Positions 51,383 through 60,361 of a stretch of DNA of 64,000 nt are shown here, in pieces. This DNA comes from Alphaproteobacteria bacterium UBA830 (GTDB lineage: Bacteria > Pseudomonadota > Alphaproteobacteria > MPNO01 > UBA830). The notes under the pieces are model-generated. The model did no database searches. It worked only from the letters and a program-made list of their open reading frames with translations, and was not told the origin of the DNA. Both the position numbers and the translations under genes were made by a program. The stretch is taken from NCBI GenBank assembly GCA_905181725.1, contig CAJIYX010000020.1, positions 4,513 through 68,512 of the forward strand. The letters run 5' to 3'. The number at the start of each line of letters is the position of its first letter. Within the stretch, counting starts at the first letter, position 1.

Positions 51383-52438
51383 TCAGCCGGCGACCGTCGC
51401 ATGAATGCCGAGCAGCGGCAGAATGGTCACCGGATCGCGGCGGCCGAAGCCGCATTCGGTGGCGATACCGAATGAACCGACATGGTCCGCCGACGACGCC
51501 AGCGCCACCGCCAGGCGCGCCGCGGCGCCGTCCGCGCCGTCGGTAAAGTGGACAAGGCCGAGATACAAATCCGTCTCCGCCGGCAGGGAGAGTGCGCCAA
51601 GCGGGGCAAAATACGCGGCATCGCTGCGGTCACGCGGCACCGGCATATGGATGAAATTCACCGGGCGCGCACTCGCTTGCGCAATGCCGTTGGCATAGGC
51701 GACGCAGGTGGAAAGATCGGCGGGCTCGATAATATGTTTGTGACCGGGATCGCCGTAACACAGATGAATGCCCGCCTCGATATCCATGGGCACGAAGCCG
51801 AGAAGCCGGGCGATCCGCGCGGTGGAGGCGGTCAAAACGTCTTCATAATGCAAAGGCATACCGCCATCGGCGGCGACAACTTCGTGACAGACATCCCACT
51901 GGATGGCGAGCTGGTCGTGGGGGATCCCGGCGGTAATAGTCTGAACTTCCTGCGCCAGCGCCGCTTCGATAATCGGCTCGGCAGCGGCACGTTCAGGCAT
52001 CTCGAAAAACCCAGCGGTCAGCGCGATGGCGGACGGGATGGATACCTGGAACCGCACCGATGCCGGGATGATGCCGTCGGCTTTCAACTTTGCAAATGTG
52101 GCATAGGAGGCCACCGCTTCGGCGGCATAGCCCATGGTCTCGATCCTGACATCCGCGGCATCGATGCCGTCCCGGATCACATAGAACGGCCGTTCCAGGG
52201 CGTCCTTGTAACCGTGCAGCGATTTGCTGGCGGATTTAAGCTCGAAGTCCGGATGATCATCGAAGGTCTGTTTCTGCCAGCGGATCCAGTAGGCCCGCTC
52301 GCCGGTCTCGCCGTCCGGCCAGCGCAGCGCCCGCTCACCAACCGAGGCGGCAAGCGCGCGGAAAACTGCTTCGGCGTTTTCGAGCGGAATAGAGCCGACA
52401 AAATGAATAGGGTATTTCGGCCTGTACTGATCGGTCAT
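51383..52438 (-). CDS. uncharacterised protein, possibly MetE-C-terminal/UROD-like TIM-barrel family
   Basis: 351 aa. The HLCYGD and ECGFGRR motifs resemble the zinc-ligand motifs of cobalamin-independent methionine-synthase-like proteins. Weak call made by eye. Confidence 0.4.
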   Translation of the reverse strand: MTDQYRPKYPIHFVGSIPLENAEAVFRALAASVGERALRWPDGETGERAYWIRWQKQTFDDHPDFELKSASKSLHGYKDALERPFYVIRDGIDAADVRIETMGYAAEAVASYATFAKLKADGIIPASVRFQVSIPSAIALTAGFFEMPERAAAEPIIEAALAQEVQTITAGIPHDQLAIQWDVCHEVVAADGGMPLHYEDVLTASTARIARLLGFVPMDIEAGIHLCYGDPGHKHIIEPADLSTCVAYANGIAQASARPVNFIHMPVPRDRSDAAYFAPLGALSLPAETDLYLGLVHFTDGADGAAARLAVALASSADHVGSFGIATECGFGRRDPVTILPLLGIHATVAG

Positions 52439-52468
52439 CCGTGAACTCCCCTCACAATTCAGTTTAAG

Positions 52469-53416
52469 TCAGCTCGCACTCTGGCGCCGCTCGATCGCGT
52501 CCCACAGCATCTTCTCAACATGTACACCGTCGAGCCGATTGATCTCCTGAATGCCAGTCGGCGAGGTCACGTTTATCTCGGTCAGGAAATCGCCGATGAC
52601 ATCGATGCCGACAAAGGTCAGTCCGCGATCAATCAGCGCCGGCGCAATCTGTTCGCAGATTTCGCGTTCCCGCGTGGTCAGTTCGGTTTTCTGCGCGCCG
52701 CCACCGGCGTGGAAGTTGGCGCGCGCATCTCCCTTGACCGGGATGCGGGCGACGGCACCCGCGGGTTCACCGTCCACCAGGATGATGCGTTTGTCGCCCT
52801 GGCGGACCTCCGGCAGGTACCGCTGGATGATAAACTGCTCGCGGTATTTCTGCTCGAACATCTCGAGTAGCGCGCCGAGGTTTTCGTCATCAGGCGTGAT
52901 GTGAAAGACATCGGCGCCGCCATTGCCGAACAGCGGCTTGACGATGATATGCCCGTGCTCGGCACGAAAGGCATCTATCGCTTCGCGGCTCCGGGTGATC
53001 AGCGTGTCGGGCAATACGCCGTCAAAATGGGTGACGAACAGTTTCTCCGGCGCGTTCCGCACCTCGGCCGGATCATTCACCACCAGTGTATCGGGGTGGA
53101 TGTGCTCCAGCAGATGCGTGGCCGTTATGTAGTTCATATCGAACGGCGGGTCCTGTCGCATCAGCACCACGTCAACGGTCGAAAGGTCCAGCAGTTCCAT
53201 CGCGCCGAGGGTGTAGTGATTACCCTTTTCGCGGCGGACTTCCATCGGCTGCGCTTTCGCAGAGAGCCGTCCGTCGCGGAACACGAGATCGTTCGGCTCG
53301 TAGTGGAACAATCCATGGCCGCGCGCCTGTGCCTCCATCGCCAGCATAAAAGTGGAATCGCCATCAAGATTGATGCTCGAGACGTGGTCCATCTGTAGGG
53401 CGACGGCGAGGCTCAT
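52469..53416 (-). CDS. gshB: glutathione synthase
   Basis: ORF 52469..53548. The ATG at 53416 is preceded by GGAG. Starts [26 protein letters not shown]-grasp C-domain. Confidence 0.9.
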   Translation of the reverse strand: MSLAVALQMDHVSSINLDGDSTFMLAMEAQARGHGLFHYEPNDLVFRDGRLSAKAQPMEVRREKGNHYTLGAMELLDLSTVDVVLMRQDPPFDMNYITATHLLEHIHPDTLVVNDPAEVRNAPEKLFVTHFDGVLPDTLITRSREAIDAFRAEHGHIIVKPLFGNGGADVFHITPDDENLGALLEMFEQKYREQFIIQRYLPEVRQGDKRIILVDGEPAGAVARIPVKGDARANFHAGGGAQKTELTTREREICEQIAPALIDRGLTFVGIDVIGDFLTEINVTSPTGIQEINRLDGVHVEKMLWDAIERRQSAS

Positions 53417-53497
53417 GATCGAAATCTCCGGTAATTGATGCGACCGTTTTTGCCGCATCCCTTTTTGCACCCTGCGGAACGCGGGATCAATGGGGGC

Positions 53498-53537
53498 GCG
53501 CCCGGGCGTAATAGGGAACGCGCCCGGGCGTGTTCCC
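53498..53537. repeat. GC-rich palindromic element: GCGCCCGGGCGT twice (53498, 53520), the second copy inside the hairpin GGGAAC-GCGCCCGGGCGT-GTTCCC
   Basis: Read directly. Lies in the divergent region between gshB and the His-motif membrane-protein gene. Confidence 0.5.
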
Positions 53538-53615
53538 ATTTGCCGCAAACGTCTCTCTGAATTGATGCAAATATGCCGCGAATGGAGCGCAAACTTAACA
53601 CCGGTTTAAAGCCAC

Positions 53616-54786
53616 ATGGATAGTTTCGGCAGCCGGAAATCAATCCATTCGAAGGGAAAATTCGTGGGTCGAATTACCACAGCACCCCTTCGGGCCCGGG
53701 TAGGCACCCATGGGTCCGTTGGAGCGGCGGTCGGACCTGGCTGGCTTTCAGGGCCCCGGTTCGACCGCCACTTTATCGGCACCACGGCAGCCATCGCGAT
53801 CCTGTCGGGGCTCATCGTTGCGGCGAAGCCAGGGCTGTTCCTGCCGGTCCTGTTTCTTGACCTCTGGCTACTCGGCTATCACCACGTGGTGTCGACATAT
53901 ACCCGACTGTGCTTCGACGCTGACAGCCTGCGCCGGCGCGGCTGGATGATCTATGCGCTACTGCCGGCGGTTTGTGCCACCGTCACGATCGTTGGCGTGG
54001 CCTTCGGGGTGGGGCTGTTGGCGACGGTCTATCTCCACTGGCAATGGTTTCACTATACCCGGCAGAGTTACGGGATCGCCCAGGCTTGCCACCGGGCAGC
54101 GGTCGCTGACGGCGCCGCGGTAGTTGAGAATGAACGGCGGGGCGCGCACGAACGGCTGGACCATCTGATTTTCTAGCTGGTGCCGCTATGGGGCATTCTG
54201 CACCGTGCCCATCAGGCGCCGGAAACATTTCTCGGCCTGCCGGTCTGGCACCCGCCGGTGCCGGGGATTGCGGTCGACATCGCTGCCGTCTGCGCGGTGG
54301 CCGGACTCTCATGGTGGGTGGCAAGCCGCATATCGATTTGGCGGCAGAGACGCCTTGCGGTCGGTCACTCCTGCTATGTGCTGAGCCATTTTGCCGTGTT
54401 CTATGTCGGGTATGTCGCGATCGAGAGCATCGATGCCGGCTGGATCGCGCTGAATATCTGGCACAACGCCCAGTACATCGCGTTTGTCTGGCTTCAGAAC
54501 AATCGAAGCTTCGGCGATAGAGCCGGGGCAAGTGGGCGTGCTGGCGGGCGCGCTGGCCGGCAGTTTATGTCCTGGCTGTCCCGTCGGCGGAATCTCTGGG
54601 CCTATCTTGGCGTCTGCCTAGGCATTTCCACCGCATTCTACGCGGGTCTGCATTATTCCGCGGCCGCGACAGGCCTCGGCCTGGCGGTGCTGATGGTGGT
54701 ACCAGACAATCAATTTTCACCATTAAATCGTGGATGCCCTGATCTGGCGGCGGCCGCGCAAGGTAAACGCGGCGGGTTCCGAATAG
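53616..54786 (+). pseudogene. polytopic membrane protein with four His-containing motifs (family not recognised): in-frame TAG (54174..54176), frameshift near 54698, in-frame TAA (54724..54726)
   Basis: ORFs 53616..54176 and 54180..54929 share a frame and are separated only by TAG plus one codon. After ...GLAVLMVV the +1 frame reads YQTINFHH*IVDALIWRRPRKVNAAGSE*. Motifs: LLGYHHVVSTYTRL, HWQWFHYTRQSYG, NIWHNAQYIAFVW, NFHHxIVDALIWRR. Confidence 0.6.
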
Positions 54787-54790
54787 CATT

Positions 54791-55981
54791 ATGGCGCGCA
54801 TTTTTTTCACATCCCGCAGCGCCGAACGGCCCGGGTATTTCTCCCTCGCGCGCGACGGAGAAACCATCGCCGCGCTCGACGGGCTGCGGGCCGCCGCAAT
54901 CTTTCTGGTCCTCGGCCGCCACGCGGTGAATCCATACAGACCGTTTGAAGGCGATGGCTTCGGGACGATGTTCGATGTCTTTGGCTGGGATGCGGCGACA
55001 CCCCTGATCAATGGCTGGATTGGCGTCGACCTGTTTTTCGTGCTTTCGGACTTCCTGATCAGCGCCGGTATTATCCGCCGGTCATCAACTACCGGAAACT
55101 TCCGGTTTGGCCGGTATATAGCGCGGCGCGCGCTGCGGATTTTGTTTGCCTATTACGCCATGCTGGCCATCGCTGCCGCCAGGGCGATCCCGTTCTATGC
55201 CGTCGGCGACGACATGATCGGCGTTAGGGTAGTTTATCACGCGCTGTTTCTGCAGGATTATCTGCCGTCGAATATCGTTGTTGCGTTCTGGTCTCTCGGC
55301 GTCGAGGAAAGGTTCTACATCGCCGCGCCGTTCGTTCTGGTGCCGCTGCTCGCCCTTCGACGTCGCAGCCTGCAGTATGGTGTCCTCGTCCTGCTGATCC
55401 TGACGCCGCTCGCATTCCGCCTGAACATTGCCGCCGGCGACACGGTTATCGCCGATGGCGAGCCCGTCGCCTTTCTGCGGCTCGACCGTCACCGGTTCCG
55501 GTGGTTGTCGGACCGGCACGTCATCGCTAGAATATTCTGGGCCGGCATTGGCGCTATGGCCGGGCTCTGGCTGTCGGCACCGATACTCGGCCGGATTGGA
55601 TCCTTCGACCGGATTTTTCTGCAATTGGTTCTCGCCGCCGGTTTCGGGGCAATTCTGCTCGGCGAATTGCTGCGCCATGACAGGGTTGCCGGGGGCGCTG
55701 GGAGCGTCGGGGGCCCTGATGGAATTCCAGACCGGCTATTATCGCTTCCGGTTCTGCGCCCGGTAGCTGTTCTGTCGTGTAGCCTGTACCTGGTTCACAT
55801 GACGACAATACCAGCGGCTCAAACCCTAAAAGAGGGGATTCTGGGAGTCTATTCAGGCTGTTTAGCCACGAATTTTACCATTTTTGTGCCAATTTAATTG
55901 ATTTTATCGGTTCTGGGCGCATTAATTCTGTATCGCGTGGTCGAAAAGTCGTTCCTGATGCTCCGGGACGCAAAATTCTAG
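54791..55981 (+). pseudogene. acyltransferase-3 (OafA/YrhL-like) family membrane protein with a premature TAA (55895..55897) 27 codons before the ancestral stop
   Basis: ORF 54791..55897 (LDGLRAAAIFLVLGRH, GVDLFFVLSDFLIS, WSLGVEERFYI). The in-frame continuation LILSVLGALILYRVVEKSFLMLRDAKF* reproduces the family's usual C-terminal helix and Y.vvEkP-like motif. Confidence 0.55.
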
Positions 55982-55997
55982 CACCGGTGCGCAGATA

Positions 55998-56822
55998 TCA
56001 GTGCAGCCGGGATTTCAGTTTCTGAACAATCGCCGCCGCATCGTGCCGCGCGCTGTCGCTATCCGCACCCTCGACAATCGCCTGAAATGCCTCGATCGCA
56101 GCGCCAAGATTGCCGAGACGGGCATTGATCACGCCCGCTTCGCGCCACAGCGGCATCATACCGGGCGCGAACATCAGCATTCCTTCAACCACCCGGAGCG
56201 CGTCTTCGGGGCGTCCGGCGCGTTCGTGGCGGGCCTTTATGTTGTTCTGCAGGCGCACGAGGATATCACGGTTGCCGACCGCCGCGTAATGTTCGGGCGT
56301 CAGCTCGGCCTCAATGCCTGCGGTTGCTTTGAGCAGTTCGCGGAGATCGACGGCTGATCGCTCGATCCCCTCATTAAACGGATCGATGATCAGCCGGGCG
56401 CCGTCTTCGCCGGTGCGGATCATGAAATGACCGGGGAAATTAATCCCGTCGGCGGCGAAACCGCGCGCCCGGGCGGCATGCAGGTACAGAATGCCCAGCG
56501 CCACTGGCAAGCCTTTCTTACGATCGATCACACGCATCAGATTGGCATTCTGGATATCGTCATAGGTCAGCATGTCGCCGTGGTAGCCATGCGAATGAAG
56601 AACGACACGGTTCAGGGCCTCGACCAGTGTCGCCCCGCCGCCGGCAAGAACATCGCCGACATCGGCTGCAAGCCGCGCCGTATGATCCCGGTAGCGGTCG
56701 AGAGCGACGCCGGGACGGTCAAGGGCGGCGAGCGCAAGCGCGCCTTCGGCGAGATCAATATCGTCGTCGGGGCGTGCCCCGATATCTCGGAGGATTTCTT
56801 CTGCTTTTGCGCGCGGTGTCAC
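55998..56822 (-). CDS. SirB1/UPF0162-like protein (transglutaminase-like N-domain plus TPR C-domain)
   Basis: 274 aa. By-eye similarity to the SirB1 family (GLPVALGILYLHAARARGF..., C-terminal TPR-like helices). Confidence 0.55.
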   Translation of the reverse strand: MTPRAKAEEILRDIGARPDDDIDLAEGALALAALDRPGVALDRYRDHTARLAADVGDVLAGGGATLVEALNRVVLHSHGYHGDMLTYDDIQNANLMRVIDRKKGLPVALGILYLHAARARGFAADGINFPGHFMIRTGEDGARLIIDPFNEGIERSAVDLRELLKATAGIEAELTPEHYAAVGNRDILVRLQNNIKARHERAGRPEDALRVVEGMLMFAPGMMPLWREAGVINARLGNLGAAIEAFQAIVEGADSDSARHDAAAIVQKLKSRLH

Positions 56823-56850
56823 GATGCCGGCATCACGATCCCAGGGGATG

Positions 56851-57477
56851 TTAAGGGTTTGAAGGCGGTCGCTTAATCTGCACGTAGTTTACCACTTTTT
56901 TGACATAGGACAGCCCGCGCGCGTGATTCATCACACGGTTGAGCTCGACCCGATCCTGTGCGAGACCGATCAGATACACCGTGCCGAGCACGGTTTCGAT
57001 CGAATAATTAATCGACGACACCTGCTTGTCGAACAGCAACGCGAATTTGAGCTGGGTCGAAATCCAGGTATCGCGCGCAAAACCGCTTGCACCCCCCGAG
57101 TCTGCGAGCTGCAATTCGTTGATGACCTCTTTAACACCTTTTGCCGACCAGGCGAGCCGGACAGCATCAGCCCGCATCGCTTCGGTCTCAACAGTGCCGG
57201 TCAACAGGACGCGTCCCATATAGACCTGCATTCCAACCTTTCGCCAAAGTCGTTCGTCCTTGTCAGACAACAGGGCATTGATACGCAGGCGCGATGCCCT
57301 GTCATCCGCCACGCCGGCAAGGCCGCGCTCTTCCATGGCGGCGCTGCCCGCGGTGGCACCCACACCGATTACGGCGCTGGCACATCCCTGAAGCGACGCG
57401 CCAAGGAGGACAGTGACCGACAGTGCCGCGGCCGCCGAGCGGAAACGGGAATTTCGGGTAGAGGAATTTCGAGTCAT
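56851..57477 (-). CDS. BON-domain lipoprotein (YraP/OsmY-like)
   Basis: 208 aa. Lipobox LQGC and two BON domains. Confidence 0.75.
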   Translation of the reverse strand: MTRNSSTRNSRFRSAAAALSVTVLLGASLQGCASAVIGVGATAGSAAMEERGLAGVADDRASRLRINALLSDKDERLWRKVGMQVYMGRVLLTGTVETEAMRADAVRLAWSAKGVKEVINELQLADSGGASGFARDTWISTQLKFALLFDKQVSSINYSIETVLGTVYLIGLAQDRVELNRVMNHARGLSYVKKVVNYVQIKRPPSNP

Positions 57478-57507
57478 GCGTGTCTTTCTCCGAAAAAAGG
57501 ATAGGCG

Positions 57508-57936
57508 TCAACGGCGAACGTGAGTGAAATCAGCCCAATCACCTGATTCGGTCCAAGCGTTGATTATGTGGTGCGGCCATTTGCGCGGTTCAACGAGAAC
57601 CGCATCGAACCGCTGAGTCAACACGGACAGGCGCGGGTTGGCCGCAACATAATGGGTCGCGGCCCGAACGATACGGCGGCGCTGGGTCCGGGAAATGGAT
57701 TCAGCGGCGCGCGCCCGCGTCTGGCGGGCCTTTACCTCGACAAAGGCAACCACGGCGCCCCGGCGGACAACGATATCGATCGCCCCCGCCGGGGTCCTGA
57801 CCCGGCGATCAAGAATGCGGTAGCCCGTCAGCCGGAGCACGATTGCAGCTCGGGTTTCCGCCTGACGGCCTAGATGTTCGCGCGCCCGGCGTGTATCGCC
57901 GCACTTACCCGAGTTCCCGCGCGCTTCATTGGTCAT
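57508..57936 (-). CDS. yraN: YraN family (UPF0102) endonuclease-like protein
   Basis: ORF 57508..58041. The ATG at 57936 overlaps the rsmI stop. Motif GAIDIVVRRGAVVAFVEVKAR. Confidence 0.8.
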   Translation of the reverse strand: MTNEARGNSGKCGDTRRAREHLGRQAETRAAIVLRLTGYRILDRRVRTPAGAIDIVVRRGAVVAFVEVKARQTRARAAESISRTQRRRIVRAATHYVAANPRLSVLTQRFDAVLVEPRKWPHHIINAWTESGDWADFTHVRR

Positions 57937-58777
57937 CGGACCCTTCGCCTTTTGAGCGGCCGAGGGCAAGCGCCCTTGTATAGACTTCCTTCCTAGCAAT
58001 GCCGGTGGCCACAGCCACCGTCGCCGCGGCATCGCGGACACTCATCCCGTCAAGTGCCTCGCAGAGCATTGCATCGAGATCGACTGGTACGTTTGTTGTG
58101 TCATCCGGCGGGCCGATAACGACAACCGCCTCCCCCTTGGGGGCTGCCATGTTTGCGTAGATCTCCGCCAGATCGCACAGGCTGCCGCGCCGGACCTCTT
58201 CATGCAGCTTGGTCATCTCCCGCGCGACGGCCGCCGAGCGGTCACCCAGAACATCGGCCATCGCCGCGACGGACGCGGCAAGCCGTTTAGGCGATTCAAG
58301 AAACACGAGGGTGGCTCGCAGCGGGGCGACTTCCGCCAATACATCGCGCCGCGCCTTATCCTTTGGTGGCAGGTAACCGGCAAACAGAAACCGGTCGGTT
58401 GGCAGGCCGGACAGTACCAGTGCCATCATCGGCGATGACGGACCGGGCGCTGCGGTGATGTAGATACCGGCATCCACGGCGTCGCGCACAAGGCGGTACC
58501 CCGGATCCGATATCAGCGGTGTGCCGGCATCGGAGACCAGTGCCACGGTTTTGCCACTTTCGAGGCGCGTTATGATGCCTGCACGCGCGGCGGGAGAACT
58601 GTGATCGTGATAAGGCACCATCGGCGTATCGATGCCGTAGCGTCTGACCAGCTTGCCGGTCACCCTTGTGTCTTCGCAGGCGATGACGTCGGCCGCCTGC
58701 AGGATATCGGCGGCCCGTGGCGACAGGTCGCCAAGATTGCCGATGGGTGTGGCGACAATATACAGACCGGCCGTCAT
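57926..58777 (-). CDS. rsmI: 16S rRNA (cytidine1402-2'-O)-methyltransferase
   Basis: ORF 57926..58888. The start at 58777 (MTAGLYIVATPIGNLGDLS) matches the E. coli RsmI N-terminus and leaves a divergent promoter region. Confidence 0.88.
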   Translation of the reverse strand: MTAGLYIVATPIGNLGDLSPRAADILQAADVIACEDTRVTGKLVRRYGIDTPMVPYHDHSSPAARAGIITRLESGKTVALVSDAGTPLISDPGYRLVRDAVDAGIYITAAPGPSSPMMALVLSGLPTDRFLFAGYLPPKDKARRDVLAEVAPLRATLVFLESPKRLAASVAAMADVLGDRSAAVAREMTKLHEEVRRGSLCDLAEIYANMAAPKGEAVVVIGPPDDTTNVPVDLDAMLCEALDGMSVRDAAATVAVATGIARKEVYTRALALGRSKGEGSDDQ

Positions 58778-58890
58778 CCGCGGGGATGAGCCAGCGCGTT
58801 TACTTGGCCGAGTACCGTCGATAGGCTGCGCCGCATTGTCTATCCCGTCGTCTATACCGTCGTTAATATCGTCAGAAATCGGATCCATTG

Positions 58891-60336
58891 ATGAAACTAT
58901 TTTCCGGCATTGCCGATCTTCCGGGCAAAATCCCGACCACTAGCGCCGCCCTTGCTGTAGTTGCGGTGCTTGCACTCGCCGGGTGTGAGAATACGGGAAC
59001 CGGCGGCGGACGCAACACGGCTGATGCCGGAGAGCTGACCGGCGCCAATGCGCCGAACCGGGTCGAATCGCCACTGCCAGGCGAACCGGGTGCCGCACCG
59101 CCGCCAATGGCTGCTGTTCCCATGGTGCCGACCCAACCGGGCATGACGGGGGAACAGATGACGCCCGGCATTCAATTGACCCCTCCGGCGGGTATGGTGA
59201 ACCGCACACGGGTTGCGTTGCTGGCGCCACTGAGTGGGCCGCGGGCCAACCTCGGCCAAGCGGTGCTCGATGCTGCCAAGCTCGCCCTTTTTGACGTGGC
59301 TGATGGAGAATTCGAGCTCCGGCCCTACGATACTGCTGCAACAGCCGAGGGGGCAGCCGGTGCCGCTGAAAGAGCCGTCGCTGATGGTGTGAAACTGGTC
59401 ATCGGGCCGGTATTTTCAGCCGCCGTGCGCGGTGCGGCCCCGATCGTTAGCGCTGCCGGGCTCAACATGCTGGCGTTTTCCAACAACCGGGACATTGCCG
59501 AGCCGGGCGTATACCTGTCGGGACTGTTCCCGGAATCGCAGATCTCGCGCGTGATTGCCTATGCGGCGCAGCGCGGGGTACGGCGGCTCGGTGTGCTAGC
59601 GCCTGCCGGGGCATTCGGAGTACGGGTACTGGAGGCGGCGCAACGGTCGGCAGCGGAATCCGGGATCGCGCTCGTGCGAACCGAGGAATTCGGCCCGTCG
59701 ACCGACGACATCGTGCGGGCAGCGCGGACGATTGGCGATTATGACGTGCGCCGCGCGGCCCTTCTGGCGCAAAAGAAGGCACTGGCCGGACGCAAGGACG
59801 AAGCTTCCCGGCGGGCGCTGGCACGGCTGGATATTCTCGATACGCTTGGCCCCATCGCGTTCGATGCGCTTCTGGTCGCAACCAGCCAGGGTGAGCTCGT
59901 GAAGATGGCGGCCCAAATTGGTAATTTCGATATCGATACGAAACGTGTTCGGCTTCTGGGACTGGCAAGCTGGGCGACAGACGGCACGGGACGCGAACCG
60001 TCCCTGGTCGGCGGCTGGTTTGCAGCTCCACCCGCGACCAGTGACAATGATTTTACCCGTAGCTATCGGGCAATGTACGAGACGCAGCCCCATCCGCTGG
60101 CGGCAAATGCCTATGATCTGGCGGCGTTGGCGGCAATCCTGGCTTCCCAAGAAGGCGGGGCCAAATACGATAGGGCGACTTTGACATCGGAGACCGGATT
60201 TGCCGGCATTAGCGGGCTTTTCCGCTTTTTACCCAACGGCCTGTCTGAACGAAGCCTTGAAGTGCGGGAAGTGACGGCATCCGGCAACAAAATCGTTGAT
60301 CCGGCCCAAAAGATCTTCGAAAGCCTCACTAACTAA
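58891..60336 (+). CDS. LpoA-like lipoprotein (type I periplasmic-binding-fold 'penicillin-binding protein activator' family)
   Basis: Lipobox LALAGC, Pro/Gly/Ala-rich linker, then a Leu/Ile/Val-binding-protein-like fold (RVALLAPLSGPRANLGQ...). Sits divergent from rsmI, as lpoA (yraM) does in E. coli. Confidence 0.65.
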   Translation: MKLFSGIADLPGKIPTTSAALAVVAVLALAGCENTGTGGGRNTADAGELTGANAPNRVESPLPGEPGAAPPPMAAVPMVPTQPGMTGEQMTPGIQLTPPAGMVNRTRVALLAPLSGPRANLGQAVLDAAKLALFDVADGEFELRPYDTAATAEGAAGAAERAVADGVKLVIGPVFSAAVRGAAPIVSAAGLNMLAFSNNRDIAEPGVYLSGLFPESQISRVIAYAAQRGVRRLGVLAPAGAFGVRVLEAAQRSAAESGIALVRTEEFGPSTDDIVRAARTIGDYDVRRAALLAQKKALAGRKDEASRRALARLDILDTLGPIAFDALLVATSQGELVKMAAQIGNFDIDTKRVRLLGLASWATDGTGREPSLVGGWFAAPPATSDNDFTRSYRAMYETQPHPLAANAYDLAALAAILASQEGGAKYDRATLTSETGFAGISGLFRFLPNGLSERSLEVREVTASGNKIVDPAQKIFESLTN

Positions 60337-60361
60337 GCAGAACAGCCCTCTGACAGACACT

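Noticed and set aside
13184-55897. The nine in-frame stops are TAG six times, TAA three times and never TGA. This could hint at amber suppression, recoding or pyrrolysine.
   Set aside because: TAG is used as a genuine terminator by intact essential genes here (nfu-like gene stop at 3039..3041, mutS stop at 13597..13599). Four of the TAG-containing genes also carry frameshifts, so read-through would not rescue them. No pyl genes or suppressor tRNA are visible in the window. In a GC-rich genome TAG is the expected main nonsense product (from TGG, CAG, GAG, TCG, TAC), while TGA precursors such as CGA, GGA and AGA are rare codons. A tRNAscan search for a CUA anticodon would settle it.
58778-58888. 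37-codon N-terminal extension of rsmI (MDPISDDINDGIDDGIDNAAQ...) with a DGID repeat, as given by the ORF track.
   Set aside because: Using it would put the rsmI start codon back-to-back with the divergent lipoprotein gene, leaving no promoter space. The start at 58777 (MTAGLYIVATPIGNL) matches the E. coli RsmI N-terminus.
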